Positions 39,601 to 46,539 of a stretch of 64,000 nt of DNA are shown here, piece after piece. The number at the start of each line of letters is the position of its first letter. The first letter of the stretch is position 1. The translations under genes and the position numbers were made by a program. The stretch lies in assembly GCA_045639845.1 (NCBI GenBank), contig JAZUDW010000107.1, positions 4,106 through 68,105 on the forward strand, written 5' to 3'. The notes below the pieces were generated by a model. The model saw only the letters and a program-made list of their open reading frames with translations. It had not been told where the DNA came from and ran no database searches. This DNA is from Bacteroidales bacterium (GTDB lineage Bacteria; Bacteroidota; Bacteroidia; Bacteroidales; P3).

Positions 39601-40991
39601 TGGAATGCGACAGCCAAAATCTGGTCGTTGCTCAAAGGCTGCGAGAGGGTGATGAAACCCAAACGACTGTTGTAGGTATATTCACTCGGGTTGAGCAGTC
39701 GGGCGCTCTCCACCTTCTCATAGTCGGTGCCGCTGGTAAAACCGATAGTGGTCATATAGTTGGTCACGGCATCGATGCTGCGGATAGTTGAAAGATTGAC
39801 GACTGGGGAACCAGCAGGGCCAGCCATCAAGAGATTGTTAACATTGTTGGCGGGGCGAACTGTGGTAACATCACCCTGCCCTATTCCATTCACGTAGCGA
39901 GACTGAGGATTGGCCTCACCCAGATCGGTAAGCGCCACTATGTTTCTGTTGTTAGTGACAGCAGCACCCACGTTGGTACGCCACACCTCCATGCGGATAA
40001 TCTTGATATTGGAGTTGACCAACGGAAGAGCCGACATGGCCTTATTGTAATTATCGTGAAAATATTGGGCAATGAAATAGTGGCGATTCTCTTCGTATTC
40101 GTCGGCACGGATCTCGAACTCCTGTGCACTAGCACCACCTTGTACCTGCATATTCTCGGTGCTAGTCTCTTTTTGACTTAACACAGCATCGACCATCAAG
40201 TTTCCGAACTTCAACTTGGTATGGAAACCCCAGAGTTGCTGACTACCCTTGATGAGCGTAGTATTGAGTGGGAAAGAGACATCGCCTGCATCGAAGAGCT
40301 GGAGTATATCATCCTCCTTGCCCTCGTATTTCAATTTGATCTGATTCTCGAAATCGAAGGTAGCCTTGGTGTTGTAGTTGACATCAAAATCGAAGAGGTC
40401 TCCAATCTTTGCGTTGATACCCACCTGAATATTTTCGTCAAACTTGGGAGTGATACGACTGCGTTGCGAGGGATCAGCATTGGGGTCGGCGGTATAGTTG
40501 TGCACCAACTCAAAACTTAGGTCAGCACTACCCGTCTTGCTTATCTCTATCTCCGGACGCGTCGTTGTCAGAGCCTCAAGCTTTCGACTAATCTCATTGT
40601 AACCAGGGATCTGACTCAAGAGACCGCCTTCAGGATTGGCATTATTGGTGGTATTGGTAACCTTATCGTTCCAATATTTCTCCATCAGTTGTTCCATACG
40701 GTAGTCTTGGTACTCTTGGAAAGTCATATACTGACGGTTGACCACGATATCGCCCACTTTGGTTATCTTCACATAGCTATTGTCGCGGGCATCGTATTCC
40801 ACAGTGGTCGTCACATTGGAAGGTGTCCAGTCGGGATTTTGCGCTTTGAGCGACAGACAGGGTAGAAAGAAGAACAACAATAGTACCAAGCACCAATAGC
40901 GCACAGGCCCACTATATGAGCCACTACGAGGGGTATTTATATTGTTATTCTTATTCACAACGATACTATTACAATCGACTACTGCACCCAA
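33675..40991 (-). CDS. sprA: T9SS outer-membrane translocon SprA/Sov
   Basis: 2438-aa ORF. Its size, N-terminal signal-like segment (WCLVLLLFFFLPCLSLKAQ), giant beta-barrel composition and C-terminal aromatic residue (RFSF) fit SprA. The open frame begins with TTG 4 nt after the ruvA stop and has no early ATG; a GTG at 40958 is an alternative start. Confidence 0.9.
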   Translation of the reverse strand: MGAVVDCNSIVVNKNNNINTPRSGSYSGPVRYWCLVLLLFFFLPCLSLKAQNPDWTPSNVTTTVEYDARDNSYVKITKVGDIVVNRQYMTFQEYQDYRMEQLMEKYWNDKVTNTTNNANPEGGLLSQIPGYNEISRKLEALTTTRPEIEISKTGSADLSFELVHNYTADPNADPSQRSRITPKFDENIQVGINAKIGDLFDFDVNYNTKATFDFENQIKLKYEGKEDDILQLFDAGDVSFPLNTTLIKGSQQLWGFHTKLKFGNLMVDAVLSQKETSTENMQVQGGASAQEFEIRADEYEENRHYFIAQYFHDNYNKAMSALPLVNSNIKIIRMEVWRTNVGAAVTNNRNIVALTDLGEANPQSRYVNGIGQGDVTTVRPANNVNNLLMAGPAGSPVVNLSTIRSIDAVTNYMTTIGFTSGTDYEKVESARLLNPSEYTYNSRLGFITLSQPLSNDQILAVAFQYQVVGDTTVYQVGELTTDGVNDPNTLVVKLLKSSKVNPRNSLWKLMMKNVYFLKSTQLSRENFRLNVLYESPDGGVGIGYLTEGPYEGVPLVELLGLDRMDASQSYYMPDGVFDWMDSAAYKGGTIQASTGRIFFPYVEPFGRDLREKLGPEYADDYCFDSLYTMTQTLAQQYADKNKFFLEGYYTSSVSGEISLGYSVSPGSVRVTAGGMPLIENVDYTVDYTMGTVRIINESLLSSNTPISVSSENNTFSMTTKRMLGLHLDYEFNPDFHLGGTFMNLREKPMTVKNNFGDEPTSNSIWGLDLNYKHDVPLITKIVDKLPFISTKEPSALTLQAEFAQFIPGMARTGSKDGSASYIDDFEGAESSIDLKSPTSWHLASTPQDCATPMPLFPETASGTGLEYGMNRALLSWYTIHNVFYGRSNGDANSAQCPDNITVADRSKPYARRISSTEVFPNKDMALGSEDRIAELNLAYYPSERGPYNYDVAPTQYSRGVDADGRLNDPATRWGGIMRHLDYTDFETQNIETIEFWVLDPFLDPETGEHNDALPGGKFYINLGDISEDILRDGRKSFEQGLPGGSDADAFNDLPVDTTIWGRVPKTQSIVNAFSLDESTRKYQDVGYDGLGSTYVQDEQSFFNGYLQSLSNQFGPASMAYLNAIEDPSSDNYHHYLGSDYDNADLKIVDRYKYYNHPEGNNRATVDNPESYPTSGSSFPNVEDINKDNTLSEGEAYYEYVIDLRPDQMVVGQNHIVDIQEANDVPLPDGTIAPIARWYQFSIPIREPDRKVGSINGFQSIRFIRMFLREFQDPVILRFATLELVYGTWRKYSEDLHQPGDYVTGTDANTSFTLSTVNIQENGSREPVPYCLPPGIEREQWYSTSSNYTRLNEQALSLDITNLASGDARAVYRNSQYDMRYYGKLKMFVHAEQKHELDNLDDDDLVLFVRLGSDYTSNYYEYEVPLKLTPWGVSRDDRLGVWPAENNVEIDLQHLTAIKTNRNRLIREGNLEYSSTMLYSEFSPDGHRYTVLGSPNLGKVKVIMVGVRNPKKESLDDGNDMMPKSAIVWINELRLSDYTQRGGWSAMALGRTNLADLGTLSIYSSYTSSGFGNLEDRLTTLELINQFNLQTTMQLELGKFFPENWGMHIPFYIDRNKTIGSPEYNPLDPDVVLLDDLATYQTMAERDSVKRMTQERKTTTNITLTNIRKERVGKNALKPHFYDFENFAFSYAYSGERTSDDDLEYYNKDQHRGGFTYSFAFTQPKQLKPFEKKKAFQNKNLKIIKDFNLYTQPKNISFSTEVYRDIESTLLRNKSAALVIIRPAYFKQFTWRRDYSFAYDISRSLRLQFDAGANARIDEPPGLVEERTAADSIWSSILGGGTMENYQQSLNLSWDVPISKLPYLDFLRMPVSYRSSYTYMGTTQALAAQGSHIQNTSQLTATLGGDFNKLYNKVPILKKALAKRPTQRLGQKTNDSKLKDKERNKIDEKRGLKTDQAKTAEDARVADSLRREHLKETLRELGYLGLRMVAGVKNLNTSFNQSSSQSIAGYMGEATILGMDPMAVWTPGLPFVFGANVDIADYLRDRDLFSRDSLMNDPSFATSNQVFSLQATLEPIRDMKIDVTMAQNTSSREEYYYKYLSQSGRVEGPLSYRLTGSYTSTTWSFRTAFRDPDQLYQQFLDNRIVVAERLSSTNPDDYAHQMVYDTMTRMYFPAGYSPNQQTVLLTAFLATYLGDDPATRSFSPFLKMPLPNWSLNYNGLSKIPALQKWFTNITISHRYTSTYTIGNYYTDAAIGAVIDQYDYGFESVLNGGGDYIAPVTMEGVSLTEQFNPLLKMSVNMVNNFQMNLSIQKNRSLNLSFANNQLTETTRDGFTLGMGYRFKDVEVHIKAGDKQHDLKSDLVLNLNITYNDNKTMIRKINQLTSQASSGSKVWMAEFSADYAVSADLTLRFFVQTNINNPYLSFLTATTKGGLSLRFSF

Positions 40992-40994
40992 AGG

Positions 40995-41576
40995 CTATAG
41001 TTTCCCTAAAGCCAGCTTGATCAGCTCTTCTACCGAGGCATCGGCATGGTCTTTGGCAAGAGCCTGAAGCACCTTGTCGGCAGCAGCCTTGGGGAAGCCC
41101 AACATAGTCAATGCAGATAACGCTTCTTCGACGTTTTTATTACTTACAACAAAAGCATTTAACATATTGCCGTCCATTTTCCCTATCTTATCCTGCAATT
41201 CGAGGATAATACGCTGAGCACCCTTGGCACCTATGCCCTTTACTGACTGCACTTTTTTTACATTCTGGGTAGCCACAGCCTCTTTGAGTTCGGACACAGT
41301 GAGCGACGAGAGCATCATACGCGCCGTACCCGCACCCACACCGCTTATAGCGATAAGCAGACGGAACATCTCGCGTTCTTCGGCCTCGTAGAAGCCAAAA
41401 AGCAGATGAGCATCTTCCCGTACCACATAATGAACAAAAAGCTTCACCTGCTTCAAGTCTTTGATTTGAGCATAGGTATTGACCGATATCTCTATCATGT
41501 ACCCCACACCGCAACAATCCACTACAGCATAACTGGGGGTAACATCAGCCAATTCTCCTTTGATATATTCGTACAT
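40995..41576 (-). CDS. ruvA: Holliday junction branch migration complex subunit RuvA
   Basis: 193 aa. The N-terminus MYEYIKGELADVTPSYAVVDCCGVGYMIEIS and the helix-hairpin-helix region (ISGVGAGTARMMLS...VKGIGAKGAQRIILEL) are classic RuvA. Confidence 0.9.
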   Translation of the reverse strand: MYEYIKGELADVTPSYAVVDCCGVGYMIEISVNTYAQIKDLKQVKLFVHYVVREDAHLLFGFYEAEEREMFRLLIAISGVGAGTARMMLSSLTVSELKEAVATQNVKKVQSVKGIGAKGAQRIILELQDKIGKMDGNMLNAFVVSNKNVEEALSALTMLGFPKAAADKVLQALAKDHADASVEELIKLALGKL

Positions 41577-41638
41577 TCTTTTTTAATTATTTTCAAATGA
41601 TGTGCACTATTTGTACTCATAATAAATTGGACACAGCC

Positions 41639-43252
41639 CTATGGCAATCGAGCAGCCGACACCCTTACAGGCACCTTCCCTCGGGGTAGCTGATACAGCA
41701 ACTTGTATCCACCACGAGGCGCTTTCTCCACCATGGGTACAATCTTGCGGTCGGGGACCGCTGTGGTATCTTGCCACTCGTAGCAACCAATGGCAGGAGG
41801 GTTCAACCGAGGTTGGTCAAGCAGATCATGGGGAATCGTCACATAAGCCATATCACCCGCACCCAAAGCAGGCGAATCGCTCTGCAGACGATAGTCGCGA
41901 CCTCTGTCGTCGAGAAAACGAGGCACCGAGTCGGTCATTGTATTGTTGAGTTCTGCGTGTTCGGCAGCTATCGGTGAAAGGATCAAGCAATTGTCGAAAC
42001 GCACATTGTGCTGAGCACCCTCTTTGAAATCGAATTTAATCTCGCCAGAGATATGAGACGAAGCATAATTGCCATAGATGATACAGTTGCGGAACCAGCA
42101 TTCCTGCAAGTCTCGGCACACCTCTATTCCATCCATCGACTCATACCAATTGTTGAGCACCACGCTGGCCGTAGCCCTATTGTTGCCTCTGTAGCCCCAA
42201 TAGTCGGCAAAGGTAGAGTTGCTCATCAAATAACGGCCACCCAGCGACAGCGAGAGTGTTGACACACCACAGTTATCTACCAAGAGATTATCGGCCACAA
42301 TATAGGCACCTTGTCCTACGATGCCCGCCAAAGCGAAATTCTCTATCCTCGAATTGGTGATACGCAGCGTGGGGTTGTTATTCACATTCGTATCTACCAC
42401 CAAACCAGCATAGCCGTTCTCTATCACGGCCCAATCTATCTCATTGTCTCTGCTACCCTGCGAGAGCCAGATATAGCCCCACTGACCAGCCAAATAATCG
42501 TAATAGCCATCATGACGCACAGAGCTGAAACGCACAGGATTCTCGGCCGAACCTTGAGCCTTGAGCGTAGCCCCATCATAGACCCACAAATAACCATTGT
42601 CGGCAAAATATACTTCGTCACCAGCCTGGAGGCTGAGCGTACTACCGGCATACACTAGACCGAAGCCATAGATGATATGGGGGCGCTGATGGTCCCACGA
42701 GTCGCAGTCTATCACACTATACGGATAGGCTCTTCCCATATTGTCGAACACCACATCGGTAGGCAGATGATACACTGCATTGCGGCCAAAGGCCGTCAGT
42801 ACCAACTGCTGACTACCCGTACCCCAATCAAACACAATAGCATCCTCCACCAGGAAGGGCTCGGTGGCGGCATTGGGATTGATCACTACATGCACGAAGA
42901 TAAAGATACTATCGTGGGCGGCTATCTCCACATTGCGTGCCACCATAGAAGTATCGCCATCCACATTGATACGAAATCGGCTTGCTCGCCCTTCTTTGAG
43001 CGTTACCGATTTGAGCAACAACGGTTCATCGTAGTTGTTATACACCTTCACCTGGCGAGTAGCCGTACCCATAGTCACAAACACAGTGTCGAAAGTCAAC
43101 GTATCGGTCGAGAAGGTCAGCACCACTCCGTCGGTTTTATATCCACCAGTATCATCACACGACACCAAACACCATGGCATCAGTGCCACCAGCAACAGCA
43201 TCATGGCCAAAGCCACCATTCTTTTTCTTATTATGTTATTCATATATTGCAT
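41639..43252 (-). CDS. Hypothetical lipoprotein, parallel beta-helix-like
   Basis: Start chosen at MQYMNNIIRKRMVALAMMLLLVALMPWCLVSCDD (lipobox-like VSC), by analogy with the neighbouring gene that shares this leader. The C-terminal two thirds have short N/G-rich turns (NSRIENF, VDNCG, NCIIYGN) suggestive of a right-handed beta helix. The function call is weak. Confidence 0.5.
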   Translation of the reverse strand: MQYMNNIIRKRMVALAMMLLLVALMPWCLVSCDDTGGYKTDGVVLTFSTDTLTFDTVFVTMGTATRQVKVYNNYDEPLLLKSVTLKEGRASRFRINVDGDTSMVARNVEIAAHDSIFIFVHVVINPNAATEPFLVEDAIVFDWGTGSQQLVLTAFGRNAVYHLPTDVVFDNMGRAYPYSVIDCDSWDHQRPHIIYGFGLVYAGSTLSLQAGDEVYFADNGYLWVYDGATLKAQGSAENPVRFSSVRHDGYYDYLAGQWGYIWLSQGSRDNEIDWAVIENGYAGLVVDTNVNNNPTLRITNSRIENFALAGIVGQGAYIVADNLLVDNCGVSTLSLSLGGRYLMSNSTFADYWGYRGNNRATASVVLNNWYESMDGIEVCRDLQECWFRNCIIYGNYASSHISGEIKFDFKEGAQHNVRFDNCLILSPIAAEHAELNNTMTDSVPRFLDDRGRDYRLQSDSPALGAGDMAYVTIPHDLLDQPRLNPPAIGCYEWQDTTAVPDRKIVPMVEKAPRGGYKLLYQLPRGKVPVRVSAARLP

Positions 43253-43263
43253 ACGTTTGGTGA
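43206..43263 (-). repeat. Duplicated 58-bp 5-prime end (leader, ATG and first 15 codons or so), copy 1
   Basis: gccaaagccaccattctttttcttattatgttattcatatattgcatacgtttggtgat. About 5 mismatches to the copy at 44798-44856. Confidence 0.8.
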
Positions 43264-43371
43264 TCAAGTAGTGCTTGCAATGTTCGAGCGTGTTGGGAAT
43301 GCACGACAATCATTTCAACAAATCAACAAATAAACAGAGCTAGTTCTTGCGACCCCACTTCGCCGATTTCG

Positions 43372-44844
43372 CTACTTCAAATTAAACTTCAGCGATTTCT
43401 CACCTTTCACGGTGCGGATATAAAGCGTATATTTAGCCTTCGGCATCTTGCTGATGGTGATACGAGCGCCATTCTTGTAGGCGGGGATGGTACGGATGCT
43501 GTTGCCATCTTGATCCACAAACTCCACCTCTGCCACAGGGCTCTCCATAGTGATGGTGATATAGCCCTCGGCCAAGAAAGGATTGACCATCACCTTTTCC
43601 GACGAGTTACCCGAGGCCACCATACCCGACGAGATGACGAAATCTTTGTTGAACGTGAACGAAGTGATATTGGTCAGATCGGCTTGTTCGGGCACAAAGG
43701 TGAAGCCCTCCAACTGCGGACGCAACACACCGCCGCTACCCGTAGCCACTTCGAGATAGTAGATACCGTTTTCGTCGGTCACCGTACTCTTGTCGCCACA
43801 CGACACCGTGACACCGGCACGTGCCACACCTTTCTCGTCGGCTATCCTGCCTTGGATACCTTGACCTGTGAAACGGACCAAGCCATGAAAGTCGGTACCA
43901 AACCACTTAATACCCTGACCGTCGATAGCGATATTCTGCACCACCTTGCCTGGCAAGGGGCTGTTTTTGGGGGTGAACACACGCCAGTTTTTCTGACAGT
44001 CGAACACAGCCACACCTTCGTCGGTAGCTATCCACAGCATACCTGCGGCATCAAAGCAAAGATCATTGATCTGATTGCTGGGCAGCGGGCTGTTGAGCTT
44101 GTTGTAGATAGACCATTTATCACCATCGAAACGACACAGACCACTCAACGTACCAATCCACTTCACATTATTCTTATCCACCACTACAGAAGGCACTATA
44201 TTGTGGGGCAGTCCCGAATTCTTGGTCGTGTAGGAGGTCCAGTTATTGTTGTCGAACACACAGAGGCCATCGTTGGTGCCTATCCATTTGTTGTTACGCT
44301 GGTCTATGGTCACACAAAGAATGAAATCGGACAGCAGTCCCGAGTTGGACGCCGTATATTTGGTCCAATTGGTACCATCGTATTTCACCAAACCGCCCAA
44401 TGTGACACCGATCCACTTCACATCATTTCGGTCGATGGTGATCTCGCGGATAAACTTCATGTTCATCTGCTTAGTCTGCTGAGTATATTCGGTCCACTTG
44501 CTACCATTGAACTCTATCACACCGTAGTCGTCGGTACCAATCCACAGTGTACCCTTGCTATCCACAGTGAGACAGTTCACAAACTGATCCTTCAGCTTCT
44601 CGTTAAACATAGAGTAATCCATCCAAGTCTTACCGCTATAGCGGCACAATCCCAGATTGGTACCCACCCACTTATTATTCTTCTTATCAGTAGTCAGTGC
44701 CAAAATGGTATTGCCGCCTATCTCGGAATTTTTCACATTGAAAGTGAGCCAAGTCTGTCCAAAGGCACCCACACCGGCACCTAAAGCCATAAGCAGCGCC
44801 AAAGCCACCATACATTTTCTCATTATGTTATTCATATATTGCAT
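43372..44844 (-). CDS. T9SS cargo: beta-propeller (two-component-regulator propeller-type repeats), CarboxypepD_reg-like domain and C-terminal sorting domain
   Basis: 490 aa with a signal peptide. At least 7 repeats of the W[IV]GT..GL..[FY]DG..W..Y type. Contains IQGRIADEKGVARAGVTVSCGD...ENGIYYLEV. The last 70 aa or so (VNPFLAEGYITI...YTLYIRTVKGEKSLKFNLK) resemble a type A T9SS CTD. Confidence 0.7.
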   Translation of the reverse strand: MQYMNNIMRKCMVALALLMALGAGVGAFGQTWLTFNVKNSEIGGNTILALTTDKKNNKWVGTNLGLCRYSGKTWMDYSMFNEKLKDQFVNCLTVDSKGTLWIGTDDYGVIEFNGSKWTEYTQQTKQMNMKFIREITIDRNDVKWIGVTLGGLVKYDGTNWTKYTASNSGLLSDFILCVTIDQRNNKWIGTNDGLCVFDNNNWTSYTTKNSGLPHNIVPSVVVDKNNVKWIGTLSGLCRFDGDKWSIYNKLNSPLPSNQINDLCFDAAGMLWIATDEGVAVFDCQKNWRVFTPKNSPLPGKVVQNIAIDGQGIKWFGTDFHGLVRFTGQGIQGRIADEKGVARAGVTVSCGDKSTVTDENGIYYLEVATGSGGVLRPQLEGFTFVPEQADLTNITSFTFNKDFVISSGMVASGNSSEKVMVNPFLAEGYITITMESPVAEVEFVDQDGNSIRTIPAYKNGARITISKMPKAKYTLYIRTVKGEKSLKFNLK

Positions 44845-44856
44845 TCTTTTGGTGAT
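44798..44856 (-). repeat. Duplicated 5-prime end, copy 2
   Basis: gccaaagccaccatacattttctcattatgttattcatatattgcattcttttggtgat. Confidence 0.8.
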
Positions 44857-45050
44857 GTGCTATTCTTTTTTTTCTAGTGATCAGTGATCTATTTTTATGT
44901 GGGTGATCAGTATTGAGAACTGATGATCTGTTGATAAACCAAACTGCCTACCCGGCGGTCACTGTTCCTTGATTGATCTGAGGTTAAGCGTTCTATTTGA
45001 TGCCGATCATCGTCAAATCAACAGATCAACAGCGCTAGCCTCAAAGAGCA

Positions 45051-46364
45051 TCATGTTTTATGTTTTTCCTTTTTGGCTGCCGGGAAAAGAATATTGTTCA
45101 ATATAAGCCGATAGCCAGGAGAGTTGGGATAGAGAGACAGATCGGTCTTGGGGTCACCAACGAAATGGCTGTAGTCCTCCGGATCGTGCCCACCAAGAAA
45201 AGTCCAAGTGCCTTTGCCATATTCTCCGTGCAAGTAGCGCACCTCGTCGAGTTCTTTGTTTTCGCCCAAAATCACACAGCTAGTCTTCACATAACGTTTG
45301 CGGAAGGCCGTAGTCTGCCCCATAAAGCCATGGATAATGTGAGTGTGATTCTGCGTGAGCATAGTAGGAATCCAGTCCCATTTAGCACTGAAATCAAAAA
45401 GGGTGAAGAAATCCGTCTTCTCGTTCACCACCCGCTGACGCTGACGCTGATCAATGTCGATACTCGAGATCTCGTATTCAGCCGGATTGGTAGTGATGGT
45501 AAAATCTTTGAAAGCAAAAGTCTTGCTGTAGTCGAGCATCTGCTGAGCATTGGGAGTCATGGGGTCGCCGTCGAACATCACGTCGCATATATCAACCCCT
45601 TCGGCAGCAAGAGCCACATCGTAGCTGTCGGGAGCCGAACACATAGCGAAGAGGAAACCGCCGCCCATCACAAAGTCGCGAATCTTGTGCACCACAGCCA
45701 GCTTGAGCAACGACACCTTGCTGTAGCCCAACTTGTGAGCCATAGCCTCCTGGGCTCGCACGTCCTCAATATACCATTGCTGGGTACGGTAGTTGGCCCA
45801 AAACTTGCCATACTGACCCGTGAAATCCTCATGATGCAGATGGAGCCAGTCGTAGGTAGGCAGCACGCCCGACAGCACCTCCTCGTCATAGACCACATCG
45901 TAGGGTATCTCGGCATAGGTGAGCACCAGCGTCACTGCATCGTCCCAGGGCAGCTTGTTTTTTGGCGAATACACAGCAATCCGGGGAGCTTTCTGCAGCC
46001 GCACAGCATCCATGTTCACCGAAGGGTCGGCTATCTCACTAAGTATGGCACTCGACTGGCCGTCGGCCAACGTCTCGCTCGAGACACCCCGCAGCCTGCA
46101 CTCTTTGTCCAACGCATCGGCATACTTCATCAAGAAGGCGCCGCCCCTATAGTTGAGCAGCCAAGTCACCTCCACATCGCGCTCCAGAGCCCAATAAGCA
46201 ACACCATAGGCCTTAAGATGATTGCGTTGCACCTCGTCCATCGGTATCAGCAGATAAGAAGCACGCACATATCCTACGGCACAAAGCCACAAAGCCATAA
46301 AAAAGACCCCTATCCACCTATAAGAAAGACGGCGATGTATGTCTAATATATTATCATTATTCAT
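45051..46364 (-). CDS. Conserved hypothetical membrane-anchored protein
   Basis: 437 aa with one N-terminal TM segment (WIGVFFMALWLCAVGY), then a globular domain of balanced composition. I cannot assign a function. The mirror ORF on the + strand is rejected. Confidence 0.5.
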   Translation of the reverse strand: MNNDNILDIHRRLSYRWIGVFFMALWLCAVGYVRASYLLIPMDEVQRNHLKAYGVAYWALERDVEVTWLLNYRGGAFLMKYADALDKECRLRGVSSETLADGQSSAILSEIADPSVNMDAVRLQKAPRIAVYSPKNKLPWDDAVTLVLTYAEIPYDVVYDEEVLSGVLPTYDWLHLHHEDFTGQYGKFWANYRTQQWYIEDVRAQEAMAHKLGYSKVSLLKLAVVHKIRDFVMGGGFLFAMCSAPDSYDVALAAEGVDICDVMFDGDPMTPNAQQMLDYSKTFAFKDFTITTNPAEYEISSIDIDQRQRQRVVNEKTDFFTLFDFSAKWDWIPTMLTQNHTHIIHGFMGQTTAFRKRYVKTSCVILGENKELDEVRYLHGEYGKGTWTFLGGHDPEDYSHFVGDPKTDLSLYPNSPGYRLILNNILFPAAKKEKHKT

Positions 46365-46469
46365 TAGGTTAAAAAAAATTTACTATCATTAGGTAGTACG
46401 CTTAATGATTAATAACTAAAAAATACCTATTTTATTGTATGGTGCCTCTGGCCCTTATTCCCTTCGCCA

Positions 46470-46507
46470 CAAAGGAAACGCCTCTGCTGTCGCGATGACA
46501 GCAGAGG
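46470..46507 (-). terminator. Hairpin terminator after the 1015-aa gene
   Basis: Perfect 11-bp stem cctctgctgtc/gacagcagagg with a 5-nt loop, 33 nt after the stop. The T-rich tail is only moderate (cgtttcctttg). Confidence 0.55.
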
Positions 46508-46539
46508 AATGGCTCATAATTATTGAAAATCAACAAGCC

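Noticed and set aside
43510-44784. 424-aa + strand ORF opposite the propeller/CTD gene. Similar cases are 57460-58536, 60690-61697, 16600-17796, 35127-36305 and 37104-38369.
   Set aside because: All are antisense to genes with recognisable domains and have antisense-type composition. I did not call any of them.
45060-46346. 428-aa ORF on the + strand opposite the 437-aa membrane-anchored protein
   Set aside because: It is His/Arg/Val-rich with no start context. The minus-strand protein has a TM anchor, balanced composition and sits in an operon-like string.
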